NCBI GenBank assembly: GCA_973895155.1
Contig: OZ316897.1
Location: 23,411,455-23,475,454, forward strand
Direction of reading: 5' to 3'
From: Marsupella aquatica
Lineage: Eukaryota > Plantae > Marchantiophyta
DNA length: 64,000 nucleotides
Shown here: positions 35,397-48,453 of the stretch, piece after piece
Position numbering within the stretch: position 1 is the stretch's first letter
Layout of the letters: each line of letters begins with the position of its first letter
Made by a program: the position numbers and the translations under genes
Notes under the pieces: model-generated
Told to the model about the DNA's origin: nothing
Seen by the model: only the letters and a program-made list of their open reading frames with translations
The model's database searches: none

Positions 35397-36590
35397 ACGA
35401 ATTTAAGATTGAATTGACGTACAGGCAGTGTATGCCAGAAGGAGCTAGACGGGAGAGGAATTCACGTTCTACTATAATTGTGAAGATGCGTCATCACTCC
35501 AGTTAAAAAGATGAAGAGCTTCCATTTCGAGGTGATGCCGTACTCTATCCAAAGCGCCCCGGAAGCCCTCTTAAGAGTATTGGAAAAATTTGTGGTGCCA
35601 AACTTAAGAGAAGAAACCGCCCTCCCACCAGAAAAGGCCTCACAGAGAGGAGCTGTTGCTCGTCAAGTTGCTTTGGAGATAGTCGAAGACACCAAAGACA
35701 CTTTGAGTGACAAGTGAAGTTATTCTAACGTTGCTCGGGACGTATGATTTGTAAAATTGTCCAACCATCCTGGTTCGTGTGACCGATGCCACCTATCCGA
35801 TCTTTGGGAACATTAAGAATTAGGAATTTGAGGAATCGTTATGTTAATTCTTGGGTTCTGAGCCTGAGAGGGAGGAATGGCATACATTGGTTAACTATCA
35901 CCTGGTGGGAAGATGAAAGTTTGCATTTAGTAATATTAAGGCTGAATGGTAGGATCACACAGGAGTGATATTTAGTCATTTCCATTCGGGAGTTAGCGGA
36001 AAGAATCATGCACCAGGAATTGCGTAGAAGATTAGGAAGGAGTTAGACGTCTGATTAGTAGGATGGCCTAGTGTAGCGTACCATGTGGTAAAGAAATTTC
36101 AGGGTGAAGGAAGTCGGAGATTATGGGGAACGCCCGGTTCCAGTAATCGCCACCGTAAAGGAGATAAGGAAGGACGCCGCGAAGAGCGTCCAATGCGATT
36201 CGTCCCAGAAGATTCCGCAAGTCAGGACGCTTCGAGTAGCGTCCGATCCCAGTGGACGCTGTGAGCAGCGTCCGGTGGAATCTGTGACGAACCAACGTGC
36301 GCGACGCTTCTGGTGTGCCTTTCCGCGTCTCAACCTGAAGGACGCACCAGAGAAAACGAGGTTTTAGAATCTCGGCTGGTCACTGAAGGGAAGTATTAGC
36401 TACGGGATAGCAAGGGGGAGGAATCATGCAAGGGATGTTGAACGACGCTACGGGAAGTCACTTTGAGGAAGCAGGTTCATATCTCCCGGAGTGGGGTGAT
36501 AACGTCGCACCTAAATGGTGACTCCTTGCATAAAGACTCCTGAGGAGCGGGTCTGGTGTCTCAAAATCACCCGTGCTTGGAGAATGAGGG

Positions 36591-38547
36591 ATGTCTGAGG
36601 GAGATCCACCGAATAAAAGAAAACCTACCAAGACCTCCAGTAATTCGGATGCTGCAAAATTAGTAGTGACCCCTCGCACATTGTTACCCGAATTCCAGTC
36701 ACCAGGAGCACCTGCACCGGGTAGTGTGTGGAAACAAGTGGGATCTATTCAAGAGGCAAGTGGCTCTTTGGAAAGGCCCACGTCGACCCGACCCCTGTTT
36801 GTAAATCTTCGTTCAGGTCCAAAACTTATTGGTTCTCAAAAGACCAAGCTCCGCCAGCAGACAGTACGTTCGGTGAACCAAATTGACTCTGGTGTGGATA
36901 GTACCACTGAGAGGGCCTTATCTCATACCGAAGGAAGAAATTTGGGTTTGCCCGAGAATACAGTTGCAGAATCGCTGGCCCAAGATAATTCTGTCGATCT
37001 TTCACAATTGGATAATCCAGAACCACTGAGTGAAGCCGGTGGTTCGTCTTCTAGTGAGACAAGCAGCAGTTCAGGCTTGGGCAGCCCAAACCCATTTGCT
37101 ACCCGATCAGCTCTTCCTTTCGTTACCCTCCTAGCTCCAACCACGATGGCTCGAAATAATGTGAGGTACGACCGGTTCTTCGGTACTTCCAAGGAGGATG
37201 CAGAGGTGTATTTGAAAGAATTTGAAGCTGCAGCTGCATCCAATGGACAGAGTCAAGACGCTGAAAAAGCCAATCTGTTTGGTGGTCTAATGAAAAAGGG
37301 TGCTCAGAAATGGTATGACCGTTTTCCGGACAAGCAGGATTGGGGGAAATTGAAGGCTGCTTTCTTGGCCAAATATAAAGAAGAAGGAGCAGCTGCGCGT
37401 GCCTTTGCCCGAATCTCACATCTGCACATGAAGAAACATGGGTCTGTGAGGAAATATGCCGACAAATTATTGGATTTGGTAGATCAATATAATCCAGCTA
37501 CCTCGAAATCTACTATCAAGGACTGGTTTATTAACGGTTTACCCTCCAGGATTGCTCGTTACGTGAGACGAGAAGGTGGCACCACTTTGGAAGAAGTACA
37601 AGAGGCAGCCCAGAAGTACGTAGACTCGGAGATTTCAGAGAGAAAACGAGTTAAGAAGGACCTGAAGAAAGACAAAAGAAAGAAGAAGAAAACGTCCAGG
37701 TCTAAATCTGACTCGGAGACGGAATCAAGTGAAAGTAGCACTAGTGAGGAGGACGAGAGTACAAATTCGAGCACTAGTGATAGTTCAAGCTCAAGTTCCG
37801 ACTCAGAATCCGTTGCTCCTAAAAAGAAGAAATCCTCTGTAAAAGGGAATAATAAAGTTCCCAACCAGAAGAAGATGGATCGCATGATGGAAGAACTCTC
37901 TGGCCAATTGTCCAAGTTGAATGTCAATATCGCCGCGGTAAAACCAGTACGAAGGTTGCCTGCTCCCATGAGAATGAACGTATGGTGCACCCGATGCAGT
38001 CAGCAGGGCCATTACCCGAACGAGTGCCCCACATTACGAACCCCGGTGAATTATGTAGATGGTCAAGAAGAGGCTGAGGAGTATGAGTACGATCCCACGT
38101 ATACCGTCCAAACAGCACCCCCTGGACAGTATTTCCCACCACCTCCTGCTTCCAGACCGACTTGGGGACCACCTAAGCCCACTTTCAATAAACCAACGTC
38201 AAGACCACCCATGGGACCCCCGGGAGGATACCCACCACGAGGAATGCCGCGTCAAAAAGGGGCTTGTTGGAATTGTGGCCAACCTGATCATTATTCACCC
38301 CAGTGCCCTTATCCCAAACAGGAGGTGGGGTATACACCTGTCTGTGGGAACTGTGGAAAAGAAGGACACTTACCGGTGGAATGCCCGAATCCGGCTAAGC
38401 CTAGGCTGATGGTTCGATTTGCTCAAGAGCCAGTTAAAGAAGCAAGTCGACCTGAAGCCAAGATTCGGATGGTTTATTCTGAAGAGATGGAGCAATGCAG
38501 CTTCATTCAACATATGGATGTAAATCGGGTGGAATTAAAGCCAGATT
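36591..38547 (+). CDS. gag: gag of D1 (N-terminal part, interrupted by Copia E)
   Basis: Gag core (AQKWY..DW..LK.AFL..Y) and three CCHC knuckles. The frame resumes after 44345 (ELKPD|SLFHQP). Confidence 0.9.
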
Positions 38548-38694
38548 TGTTATGAATACACAAGATGATAGTAGTCAATAATCCCCACTCACTTCCATTA
38601 TGCCAAGGACTTATATAGTCCAGAAGGGTTAACATGGTTGGGTTAATGTTAACCTATCCTATACTAGGGTTAAGTCATATTATGGGTTATAACA
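38548..38694 (-). repeat. 3' LTR of Copia E
   Basis: Identical by eye to 44194-44340. Confidence 0.95.
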
Positions 38695-39032
38695 CTTCCC
38701 CTTGGTTACTTGGACGGGTGTCAAGGAACCACACATTTAACCCTAGTTTAAAAGTGGGAGTCACTTATGATGTAGCCTCATCAAACCTTGCTGCTTTCCT
38801 CTCAAGGAAGAGTACTACCATCATTACAATTTGTGGTCCCTAATTCAGAAAGTCTCTAATGTGTATGCTCTAAGTCTAAAAGTAGCCTATTACTGTCTAA
38901 GCCAGTGGGCTAATAGTAAGTAAGCGTTTATTTGTTACTCTAGTCGGGGTAGTATTGTATTCATGATGGGGGAACATGTGTCTCTCTGTAAACTGTTCGT
39001 TAGATACTACGATTTAGTAGTTTGTCGAGGTT

Positions 39033-42000
39033 CTACTTCGATTTTGCGTTGGCTGTGTGTTCGTGTCGGGAGTTGTCGTTAGTCGAGGAGGTTAGGGAGG
39101 AGAGACGATGCATTCCAATGGCGCTGACGTGCTTTCGATGTGTAGTCGCTGGTAGCGGCTTGGTGAAGAGGTCGGCGCAATTGTCTTGTGAGCTTATCCA
39201 CTTTACTTGTATTTGCTTTCCGCTGTGTTCGTGCGTAAAGAAAAATTTCGGGTCTATGTGCTTGGTTCGATCGGTCTTCATGTAGCCTGTAACTATCTGG
39301 TCGACGCATGCCCTATTGTCCTCGTAGATGGTGGTTGGATTTGTGAGTAAGGTTTTTCCTGTCTGTTTGAGTATATGTGTGATTATACTACGGAGCCAAA
39401 TCGCTTCGCGGCATGCCTCATAGAGGGCAATTACTTCGGCGTGATTCGATGACGTTGTGGTTAGGCTCTGCTTCGTGCTTCTCCAAGATATGGCGGTTTT
39501 ACCCTGCAAGAAGACGTATCCTGTCTGCGACTTTGAATCTTGGGGGTCTGAGAGGTATCCAGCGTCCGCGTATCCTGTAAGTTCATCCTCGCTTTCGTTG
39601 GGGAAGAATAGTCCCATGTCAATTGTTCCTTGGAGGTATCGGAATACTCGTTTTATGCCGTTCCAGTGGCGTATTGTCGGGTGCGCGCTATGTCGTGCGA
39701 GAAGGCTCACTGCAAAGGATATATCCGGTCGGGTGTTGTTGGCCAGGTAAAGGAGGGCTCCGATAGCCGATAAGTATGGCTTATCTGAATCTAGTATTGG
39801 TTCGTTGTCCTGTCTTTGCCTGAACATGTCCTTCGCAGTGTCTAAGGATCTCAGCTCCATTGGTGTTGATACCGGGTATGCCTTTTGCATATTGAATTGT
39901 TGGAGGATTTTGTTTGTATAGGTAGACTGGCTAATGAATGTGCCTGTCTGTAGGTGATCGAACTGAAGGCCGAGGCAGTAAGTCGGTTCTCCCAGTTCTT
40001 TCATCTCGAAAATGCCCTTCATTGTGTTGATTGTTTGTCGTAATAGTCATTGTGTACCGAAGAGATTAATGTCATCGACATATAGCGCTAACACGACGAA
40101 CTCTGTGTCTACTCTTTTGATGAATATACAGGGCGCTATGTCTTCTGTAATAAATCCGAGTGCTTGTATTTCGGTTTTAAATTTCTGGTACCATATACGG
40201 CCGCTTTGTTTCAGGCCGTTTATGGGTTTCAATACTTGCACAGCAAATGCCTGCTGTCCAGTCCTTCGTTTTCCGGGGTACTGGAGTGGTGCTTTCTGTG
40301 TGTTGCCACTGCTCAACACAAGGCCTTTACAATCATCATTAGGGATAATCTGGTCAATTCCCGACTTCATATCCTTGCTCAGGTTTGGGTATTGCTTCCC
40401 CTGAATGTGTTCTGCCACTCTTTCGAGTAATTCCTTTGGTGCTTTCATATGAATTTCGGAGTCTAAGACTCCATATAGGTATGCCGTTACTACGTCCATA
40501 AGGATATTGCATAATTGGTGTTTGCGAGAGAAAGCAATTAAATACCTGAATGTCGTCACGTCCATTACTGGTGAATATGTTAGATCATAGTCCCTGCCTG
40601 GGATCTGGGTGTATCCTTTTGCTACTAATCGCGCTCTGTATCTGATAACATCACCTTTTGCATTTCGCTTTTTAATGAACGTAAATCGGCTGTCTGTATA
40701 GTCATTGTTAGGATCAACTTGTTTGACTGGTCCGAAGACTTGTCGACGGATTAGTGCATCCATTTCTGTGTCAATGGCCTCTTTCCAGTGTGGCCAATCT
40801 GACCTTGTTTGTGCTTCTTTGATTGTTAAAGGGTCCGAAGTATCATTGGTTATTTCTTGAGCTATATGGTAAGCAAATTGTTCGTCGACAGTAGTGTTTT
40901 GTCTCGTGTAAATTTGTCCTGTATGCTTATACTGAATTGACATCTCCTCATTACCCGATATGTCTGGTGTCTCGGATTCATTATTAATGAAGTGAAAAGT
41001 AGTTTCAGGAATTACCTGATGGGGGCGTCTTTGGCGGGGTCGGGTATCATGTGATCCTGGTGGCCTACCTCTTTTCGCCTTAGGGGCAGCTACTGTTGCT
41101 GGAGGAGTATTCATTTGTACTCTGGCTGGTACATTGGTTGCCTCGTTGTGGGATTTTGTAACATTTGCTGCATCATTAAATGCATCTGGGATCTTATCCA
41201 GCATCTCGTGGAGGTGGAGTAATCGTCTAACTTCTGCATCCGTTTGTTTCGTCCTCGGGTCCTGGTTGAGTAAGTTTCTGCTGTTCCAGTTGATCTGGTG
41301 TGGGTGCAAGTCCCCTGTCATTTGTTTGTCTATGTTTAGGGTGGGAAAAGTGTCTTCGTAAAAATGACAATCTGTATGTCTGGCCTTAAACACATCGGCT
41401 GTTGTCGGTTCCAGGTAGCGAATGATCGAGGATGAGTCATTTCCGATGTAGATTCCTTCTTGTCTTTGAGGTCCGATTTTTGTACGCTTGGGTCCCAGTA
41501 TTGGGACCATGACTTTGCATCCAAATACCCGCAGGTGTGACAGGTCTGGAGGTAGTCCGAACGCTAAGTGGTGTGGAGTCTTTGTGTTGAACGCCGATGG
41601 TCTGTATTGAAGCAGTGTGGCAGCATGGAGGACTGCGTGTCCCCATGTGGATAGGGGTAACTTTGAATTCATTAACAGGGGTCTGGTTATCATCTGTATA
41701 CGCTTGATAACGGATTCTGCCATTCCGTTTTGGAAATGGACATATGGGACTGAGTATTCAGTGTCAATGCCCGCTGCCCAGCAAAACTCATCGAATGCTT
41801 TTGAGGTGAATTCCCCTGCACCATCCACTCTCAGTTTCCGAATTGGATGTTCTGGGAATTGTGCTTTAAGCTTTAGAATGTTGGCCAGTATCCTAGCGAA
41901 GACCAAGTTGCGTGTAGAGAGTAGAGATACTTGCAGCCATTTGGTCGAAGAGTCGATGATGGCCAGGAAATACTTAAACGGTCCACTTGGTGGGTGGATC

Positions 42001-43646
42001 GGGCCGCATACATCTGCGTTCAGGTGTTCCAGGAAGTTCGGGATGGCATAGATTGTCTTCTGTATTTGTGGGCGTGTAATCAGCTTCCCCTGAGAGCACG
42101 CCAGGCATTGCCTTTGTTTTGTTGATGGGTTGACTCCTTGGGGGATTCCACGGGAGTCATGAATAATTCTGCGGTACATGTTTACTCCGGGGTGTCCCAG
42201 TCGACAGTGCCATAAGTATGTGATATCAGGTAAGTCTGCAGTGACATAGTGAGCTTGAATTTGAGTTGCGTAGAGGCCTGGTGGTATAAGGGGTAAGGTT
42301 TCTTTAATATGTATACCTTGTTCGGTAACCTCCACGATTTGGAGGGTATCTTCCTCGTCTGTTTTCACTGTGCGCAGTTGATATTTATTTGCGACTATGT
42401 CTCGGAAGCTGATGAGGTTCCTTGTAGCTCGCGGGGCGAATATCGCTGCTTCGATGGCGAGTGCAGTGCCTCCTGGGAATATTACCGTGGCTGTGCCTTT
42501 ACCCTCCTCAATCTGGTTTGTGCCTGAAATGGTGGTCATATGCCGGGCTGATGGGGTAATTGAGTGGAAATATTTCTTGTCCTTTAGTATTGTATGAGAC
42601 GTACCGCTGTCAATTATGCCCAGATTGGGGTCTTGTAGTGTGTAGGGTCCTCTTGCTGGAGTTACTATGTGGGTCTCCACTTCATGAGGTTGTTCGGGGT
42701 CTTTGTAGGTGGCTATTGCTTCTTCTAGCTCCATGTAGTTCCCTGCTGGGTTTTGTTTGAGTCTAGCTCTTGATTCTGTATGTTTCCTGGCTATTTGGTC
42801 CGATGCCCAACAATTTTTCTTCAGGTGTCCTATTTTTCCGCATCGGTAGCACATCCTGTCATCTTTGGTGTTGTCCGATGCATTATCACTCATCCTGCCT
42901 CTGCCGCCTACTCCCCTGCCTCTTGTGTTGTATGATTGTCGATATCCTCGACCTCTGTAGGATTGGTTTCTACCTCTGCCTTGGTATCCGCCTCTGCCTC
43001 TTGGTCGGCCTCGTCCCATGTTATCTCGCTGATAGTAATTTATCTCTGGTTTGTGTGGTGGTGGTTCTGTTCCCGCAGGTCTTTTTCGGGCGTTTTGCAT
43101 GGCGACCACCTGTTGCTTCTCTTCTACAAGTAAATGTGCGATAAGATCTGAATATGTGGTGAATTGCATATTTCGGTACTGTGTACCGAGTGCAATGTTT
43201 GATTCGGGGAATGTACTCAGTGTCTTGTCGATCTTATCTGCGTCTGGGACTGGATGGCCGCAGAGTTCTAGTTGAGAGGTAATTTTAAATAGAGCGCTGT
43301 TGTAGTTAGCAATGGAAGTATGATCCATCACTCGTAGGTTGTACCAATCGCGGCGAGCCTCAGGAAGCCATATTTCGCGCATATGGTCGAATCGGGCCTT
43401 TAACTTGTCCCACAGGAGTCGTGGATTGACTTCGTTCATGTATTGGGATTTTAGTGAGGGAACCAAGTGCTGGCGCAAAAGGAACACGGCCTTGGCCTTC
43501 TGTTGTAGAGTCAGATTTTGGTCTGTGATTAATGTATCTTCAAGCTCCAACGATGCGAAGTATGTTTCCGCATCTACGGCCCATGTCAAGTAGTTGCTGC
43601 CGTCTACTAGTAGGGCTGGGAAATGTAACTTCTCCAATGTTGCCAT
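39033..43646 (-). CDS. Copia gag-PR-INT-RT-RH polyprotein with a single in-frame TGA at 40047-40049
   Basis: CYRCGKIGH, IDSGTSHT, WHCRLGHPG, DVCGP, YRARLVAKG, YVDD, GYADAGY. The 1199-aa and 329-aa ORFs are in the same frame. Confidence 0.92.
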
Positions 43647-44193
43647 GTCTATTTCGCCTGATTTTGGGCCTTATAAATATATGGTGTTCCTTTGTATCAA
43701 ATGCCTATGACTTTCGCCTTGTCCCGCCCGATCGATCGGCTGTTGTGATGGATCAAGTTAACCAAAAGAAAGAGAAACGATAGCGATCCTTTCGCTCAAG
43801 GCACGGGACTCATCTGCCCCTTGAATCGCATCCAAATTGTCCCCGATGGAGTTCGTTCGTATGTCCTTGTGTGCGGTCCTCAAAGTTTTCAGTTTTCGCC
43901 AATGTCTTTTATTTTGTTTTTCGCGTCTCGTCGCGTTGTCTCCTTCGTTCAAGGTTGAGAATCTTCGCTCGTGATTAGGCTCGACGCTCTATGGCCAGTT
44001 CTTTGTTCTTCGATCATAAGCTTGTTTTCTCTATTCTCGGGAGGTAGTTAGGCGGTTATTCTCGCCATTAGAGCAAAAAACACACAACATTGTGTTGTTT
44101 TCTTTGTGTGGACCTCGATCTATTGAGTTGTCAGATTTTGGGGAGGGAGCACATGTAAAAAAAAATGTAATTGAGCAAGTCGCGCTGATAACG

Positions 44194-44340
44194 TGTTATG
44201 AATACACAAGATGATAGTAGTCAATAATCCCCACTCACTTCCATTATGCCAAGGACTTATATAGTCCAGAAGGGTTAACATGGTTGGGTTAATGTTAACC
44301 TATCCTATACTAGGGTTAAGTCATATTATGGGTTATAACA
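44194..44340 (-). repeat. 5' LTR of Copia E
   Basis: TG...CA, with PBS adjacent. Confidence 0.95.
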
Positions 44341-44345
44341 AGATT

Positions 44346-45442
44346 CACTTTTTCATCAACCAGTATCCGGGGTGGTGCCTGATGTCTTGGTAAGTCATTT
44401 AGTGAAACCTGAAGTAGTTGGTATGCCGAATGATCGAGTTCAGAATCGGGATAAAGTTCTGACTAATATTTACGCAACTACTCGTTCGAAGAAAAAGGAG
44501 ACCAAGAAGCACGAGCATCAGAAGGTCGCGAAAGCTCCCAAGGATGAAGGGCGCAAGCCATGTAAGGAAGGCCTCGACAAAGAAGACGACCCTGCTTATG
44601 ACCGATATGACCCAAAATACTTCTTGCCCGACATCTCTTTGGAAGTGAAAGACCATCTGGAAGAGCTAGTTAAGGAGCAAGTGCAATCTCCTAACCCACC
44701 AGTAGTAGTCAAAGCTAAAGAGCCACTGAAAAATCCAGGTTATGATATTGTTGAAGATGTCAAGAATCATCCTGCACATATCACCATTGGGGAATTATTA
44801 CAGGACAATCCGGTTTATAGGCGACAGCTGAGGAGCCTCCTTGCAGGAAAACGGAGGAAGAAGAAGTTACCTTCTGTGGATGTGCTACGAACAGAGTGGG
44901 AGGACAAAGGACCGATGGAAATTGAGGTTCAAATCCAGGGGTGTGTCATTCGGAGAGTTCCTGTGGATGGAGGAGCCAGCGTTAATCTGATTACACAGTC
45001 AGCAGCATTTAATTTGGGTTTCACTAAGTTTGAGCCCACTCCCAAGATTTTGCGCATGGCGGATCAGTCTCGTGTGGTACCCATAGGGAAGCTGACCAAA
45101 GTAGAAACTTTGATTGCTGGTGTCCCTTTTCTGTTGGATTATGTGGTTATTAATCCGGAAATACCATCCAGCTTTCCTGTTTTGTTAGGCCGACCATGGT
45201 TGTATAAGGCTCAAGTTCAGGTTAATTGGCAATCTCAAGAGCTTTCATTTGGGAAGCCTAAGGTGACTGTTAGTTGGGTTCCGGAACCACATTTTGGAGA
45301 AACACAAACAGATGATGGGTACACCTCGGATTTTTCGACCTCTTCGCTAGTCCTGCAGCCATTGGAATTTGAACTGGAGGAAGTTCGTTACTTGGAAGTT
45401 TATCTGTCTGATGCTCCCATAAAACCAACTAGGCCCTCCTGA
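44346..45442 (+). CDS. gag C-terminus plus aspartic protease of D1
   Basis: VPVDGGASVNL and VLLGRPWL motifs; ends at TGA-CAATTA in frame with RT. Confidence 0.9.
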
Positions 45443-48415
45443 CAATTAACTTCATCATCGGAAGTGGGCCCAGCAGCAGACGAACCTCCTAATACTGAGG
45501 CTAATAGGGATTTACACCATGATATGGGAGTGTCAGCTACCCTTGAGCCATTTGCACCAGAAGTATCCAAACTTGGACTTCAGCCGGCAAACCTCACGGA
45601 TGGAATTGTGGATCCAAAAGCTTGTCAGAAAATCGAAATTGAGCCAGGCAAGTTTTTGAATATTGGTAAGCATATCGAAGGAGAGCTACGGGAACAGTAT
45701 ATCAGTTTATTAACCCAGTATAAAGATGTCTTTGCCTGGAGTCATTCTGATTTAAAAGGTATCCATCCACATTTGGGCGAACATCGTATTGACCTTATGG
45801 AAGGAGCAGTACCTGTCCGACAGAGACAGTACCGTTTGAATCCCAAATATTCCATCCTGGTTAAAGACGAGTTGGACAAGCTCACGACTGCTGGATTTAT
45901 CTACCCGGTCTTGAGTAGTGAATGGGTCTCACCAATTGTCATTGTCCCCAAAAAGCCGGGACCCGATGGTAAAACGAAAATTCGCGTTTGTCAAGACTTC
46001 CGGAAGTTGAATGCTGCCACTCGGAAAGATCATTATCCTTTGCCATTTATTGATCTGGTACTTGATTCAGTGGCCTTGCATGAGTTATACAGTTTTTTAG
46101 ATGGGTACTCTGGTTATAACCAGGTGTCCATTCGGAAGGAGGATCGCGACAAGACTACGTTCACCACCGACTGGGGTACATATGCATTTACCATGATGCC
46201 TTTTGGGCTGTGTAATGCCCCGGGTACTTTTCAGCGCATTATGATGATTATTTTTCAAGAATATTTGCGGCATTTCATGGAGATTTTTATTGACGACTTT
46301 TGTGTTTACGGGTCAGCGGCTGAACACCTCGTCCATTTGGAGAAGACATTTCAGAAGTGTAGAGAGGCTCAGTTGTGTCTTCATCCAGAAAAGTGCTTTA
46401 TTGGTATGAAGGAGGGAATTTTGTTAGGCCATGTTATTTCACAACGCGGCATTGAGGTTGATACAGAGAAGGTTAGAGTAATTATGGAGTTGCAACCACC
46501 GACCGATTTAAAGCAGCTTCGTGCTTTTCTGGGACATGTGGGGTATTATCGTCGGTTCATTTATAAACATGCTAATATTGCCTTACCCTTAACCCAACTG
46601 TTAAAAAGTGATGTGGAATATACATGGAATGAGGAGCGGCAGCAAGCATTCCAGTTGCTCAAGGATCGGTTAATCTCTGCACCTATTTTGTCACCCCCAG
46701 ATTGGACTAAGAAGTTTCATGTCTTCATTGACTCTTCTGCGTTCTGCATTGGAGCTAATCTCAGTCAGAAGGATGTGGAAAACCGTGACCATCCAATTTA
46801 CTATGCCAGCCGCCAAATGAGTGCAGCCGAGAAAAACTACTCCGTCACTGAACGGGAAGCTTTGGCCATCGTCTTTGCGTGTAAGAAATTTCGTCACTAT
46901 TTGTTGGGGTATCAGGTTACTTTTCACACTGATCATAATTCCTTAAAATATTTGGTTAACCAAGTGGATCTCTCAGGACGAGTAGCCCGCTGGGTTTTAC
47001 TACTCCAAGAATTTGATTATGAAGTTCATGTCCGACCTGGCAAACATCATGAGAATGCAGACTTCCTATCTCGGTTACCTGGTCCGGAGAATCAGCATAA
47101 TCTCTCCGATGAATTTCCTGACGAGCATTTGTGGCACATTGAAGGGGAGTCTTCTCGATATTTTAATATTGTGCACATGCTGCTTCATGGAACGTTCCCT
47201 GAAGGCTTTAATGCGGAAGAACGAGCTGTCTTTGCTCATAAGGTGGGTCCCTATACCATTATTCGGGGCACTTTGTTTAAACAAGGTCCTGATCAACAAT
47301 TGCGACGTTGTCTAGAGGATAGGGAACTTCCCCAAGTAATTGAAGCTTTACATTCAGGAGAAACCGGTGGGCATTATGCTGTGAATACCACAGTTAAGAA
47401 AATTTTGGATGTTGGATACTGGTGGCCTACTATGCATCGAGATACTTACAATTTTATTAAGACCTGTGATCCCTGTCAAAGGATCGGGAAGCCCACTGCT
47501 AGTTCCAAATGGCCTCTTACGCCTATCCTTCCGTTGGCACCATTTGAGAAATGGGGGATTGATTTTATTGGCCCAATTTCTCCAGCAGCTCGGAAAAGCC
47601 GAAGCAAATATATTATTCTGGCCACTGATTATGCCACCAAATGGGTAGAGGCGAAAGCTACTCGCAAGAATGATGCTATAACCGCAGCTGCATTTCTCTT
47701 TGAGCACATTATCACCCGGTTTGGTTGTCCTTTGGAGTTGGTAAGCGATAGGGGTTTGCATTTTCTTAACTCAACTATTGAGTTAATCACTGACCTTTAT
47801 CTTATCAAGCATCGCAAAACTACTCCTTACAACCCCCGAGCTAATGGCTTAACCGAGAGAGCTAATGGCATTATGGGCAAGATTCTGAATAAAATGGTAG
47901 AATCTCACAAGACAGATTGGGATGTGAAGCTCCATTCTGCATTATGGGCTTACCGCACCGCTGAGAAGATTACAACTCTTCACACCCCCTTCTATCTGAC
48001 CTATGGCCTGAATAGTATTATTCCAATAGAATTTTCGTTACCAACGGAACGTATCTTGGTACCACACCGACTCTCTCCTTCAGATAGTCTCTCACATCGG
48101 TTTTCCAATATTGTTAAATTAGAAGAAGTTAGACTTTTAGCATTAGACCATACAGTCACCATTCAGAACCAGCGTAAACTTGCTTATGATAAGAAGCTGC
48201 GCGTAGTGCAGTTAGATGTTGGTGATTTAGCATTAGTCTTTGATTCTCGTTATATGCTATTTCCTGGGAAACTTCATACTCATTGGATTGGTCCTTACCG
48301 AGTTACACACATCTGGGATAATGGTTCAGTTTCATTGACTACCTTAGATGGTCACCCACTTAACACTAGAATCAATGGGTTTAGGATTAAACGGTACTAT
48401 GAGTCTTCCATTTAG
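45443..48415 (+). CDS. pol: Uninterrupted RT-RNase H-integrase of D1
   Basis: LDGYSGYNQ, FIDD, FIDSS, WGIDFIGP, SDRGLHF, WIGPY. Confidence 0.95.
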   Translation, partial: QLTSSSEVGPAADEPPNTEANRDLHHDMGVSATLEPFAPEVSKLGLQPANLTDGIVDPKACQKIEIEPGKFLNIGKHIEGELREQYISLLTQYKDVFAWSHSDLKGIHPHLGEHRIDLMEGAVPVRQRQYRLNPKYSILVKDELDKLTTAGFIYPVLSSEWVSPIVIVPKKPGPDGKTKIRVCQDFRKLNAATRKDHYPLPFIDLVLDSVALHELYSFLDGYSGYNQVSIRKEDRDKTTFTTDWGTYAFTMMPFGLCNAPGTFQRIMMIIFQEYLRHFMEIFIDDFCVYGSAAEHLVHLEKTFQKCREAQLCLHPEKCFIGMKEGILLGHVISQRGIEVDTEKVRVIMELQPPTDLKQLRAFLGHVGYYRRFIYKHANIALPLTQLLKSDVEYTWNEERQQAFQLLKDRLISAPILSPPDWTKKFHVFIDSSAFCIGANLSQKDVENRDHPIYYASRQMSAAEKNYSVTEREALAIVFACKKFRHYLLGYQVTFHTDHNSLKYLVNQVDLSGRVARWVLLLQEFDYEVHVRPGKHHENADFLSRLPGPENQHNLSDEFPDEHLWHIEGESSRYFNIVHMLLHGTFPEGFNAEERAVFAHKVGPYTIIRGTLFKQGPDQQLRRCLEDRELPQVIEALHSGETGGHYAVNTTVKKILDVGYWWPTMHRDTYNFIKTCDPCQRIGKPTASSKWPLTPILPLAPFEKWGIDFIGPISPAARKSRSKYIILATDYATKWVEAKATRKNDAITAAAFLFEHIITRFGCPLELVSDRGLHFLNSTIELITDLYLIKHRKTTPYNPRANGLTERANGIMGKILNKMVESHKTDWDVKLHSALWAYRTAEKITTLHTPFYLTYGLNSIIPIEFSLPTERILVPHRLSPSDSLSHRFSNIVKLEEVRLLALDHTVTIQNQRKLAYDKKLRVVQLDVGDLALVFDSRYMLFPGKLHTHWIGPYRVTHIWDNGSVSLTTLDGHPLNTRINGFRIKRYYESSI

Positions 48416-48437
48416 AATTCCACCTGGGACAGGTTGC

Positions 48438-48453
48438 AATTTAAGTGGAGGGC
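48438..48453 (+). other. Internal second PPT copy of D1
   Basis: AATTTAAGTGGAGGGC, identical to 51921-51936. Confidence 0.75.

Larger units (their letters stand above)
38548..44340 (-). mobile_element. Complete Ty1/Copia element E, Bianca-like (5793 bp), identical 147-bp LTRs
   Basis: TSD AGATT. LTRs at 38548-38694 and 44194-44340. Bianca-type PBS CGTTATCAGCGCG at 44181-44193 (-), PPT CAAGGGGAAG at 38695-38704 (-), gag N-term LHFPALLVDGSNYLTWA. Confidence 0.95.

Noticed and set aside
34513-36367. Short ORFs in the D LTR and leader, and the many antisense or overlapping ORFs in the track
   Set aside because: No recognisable domains; their recurrence only reflects near-identical copies or shadow frames of real genes.
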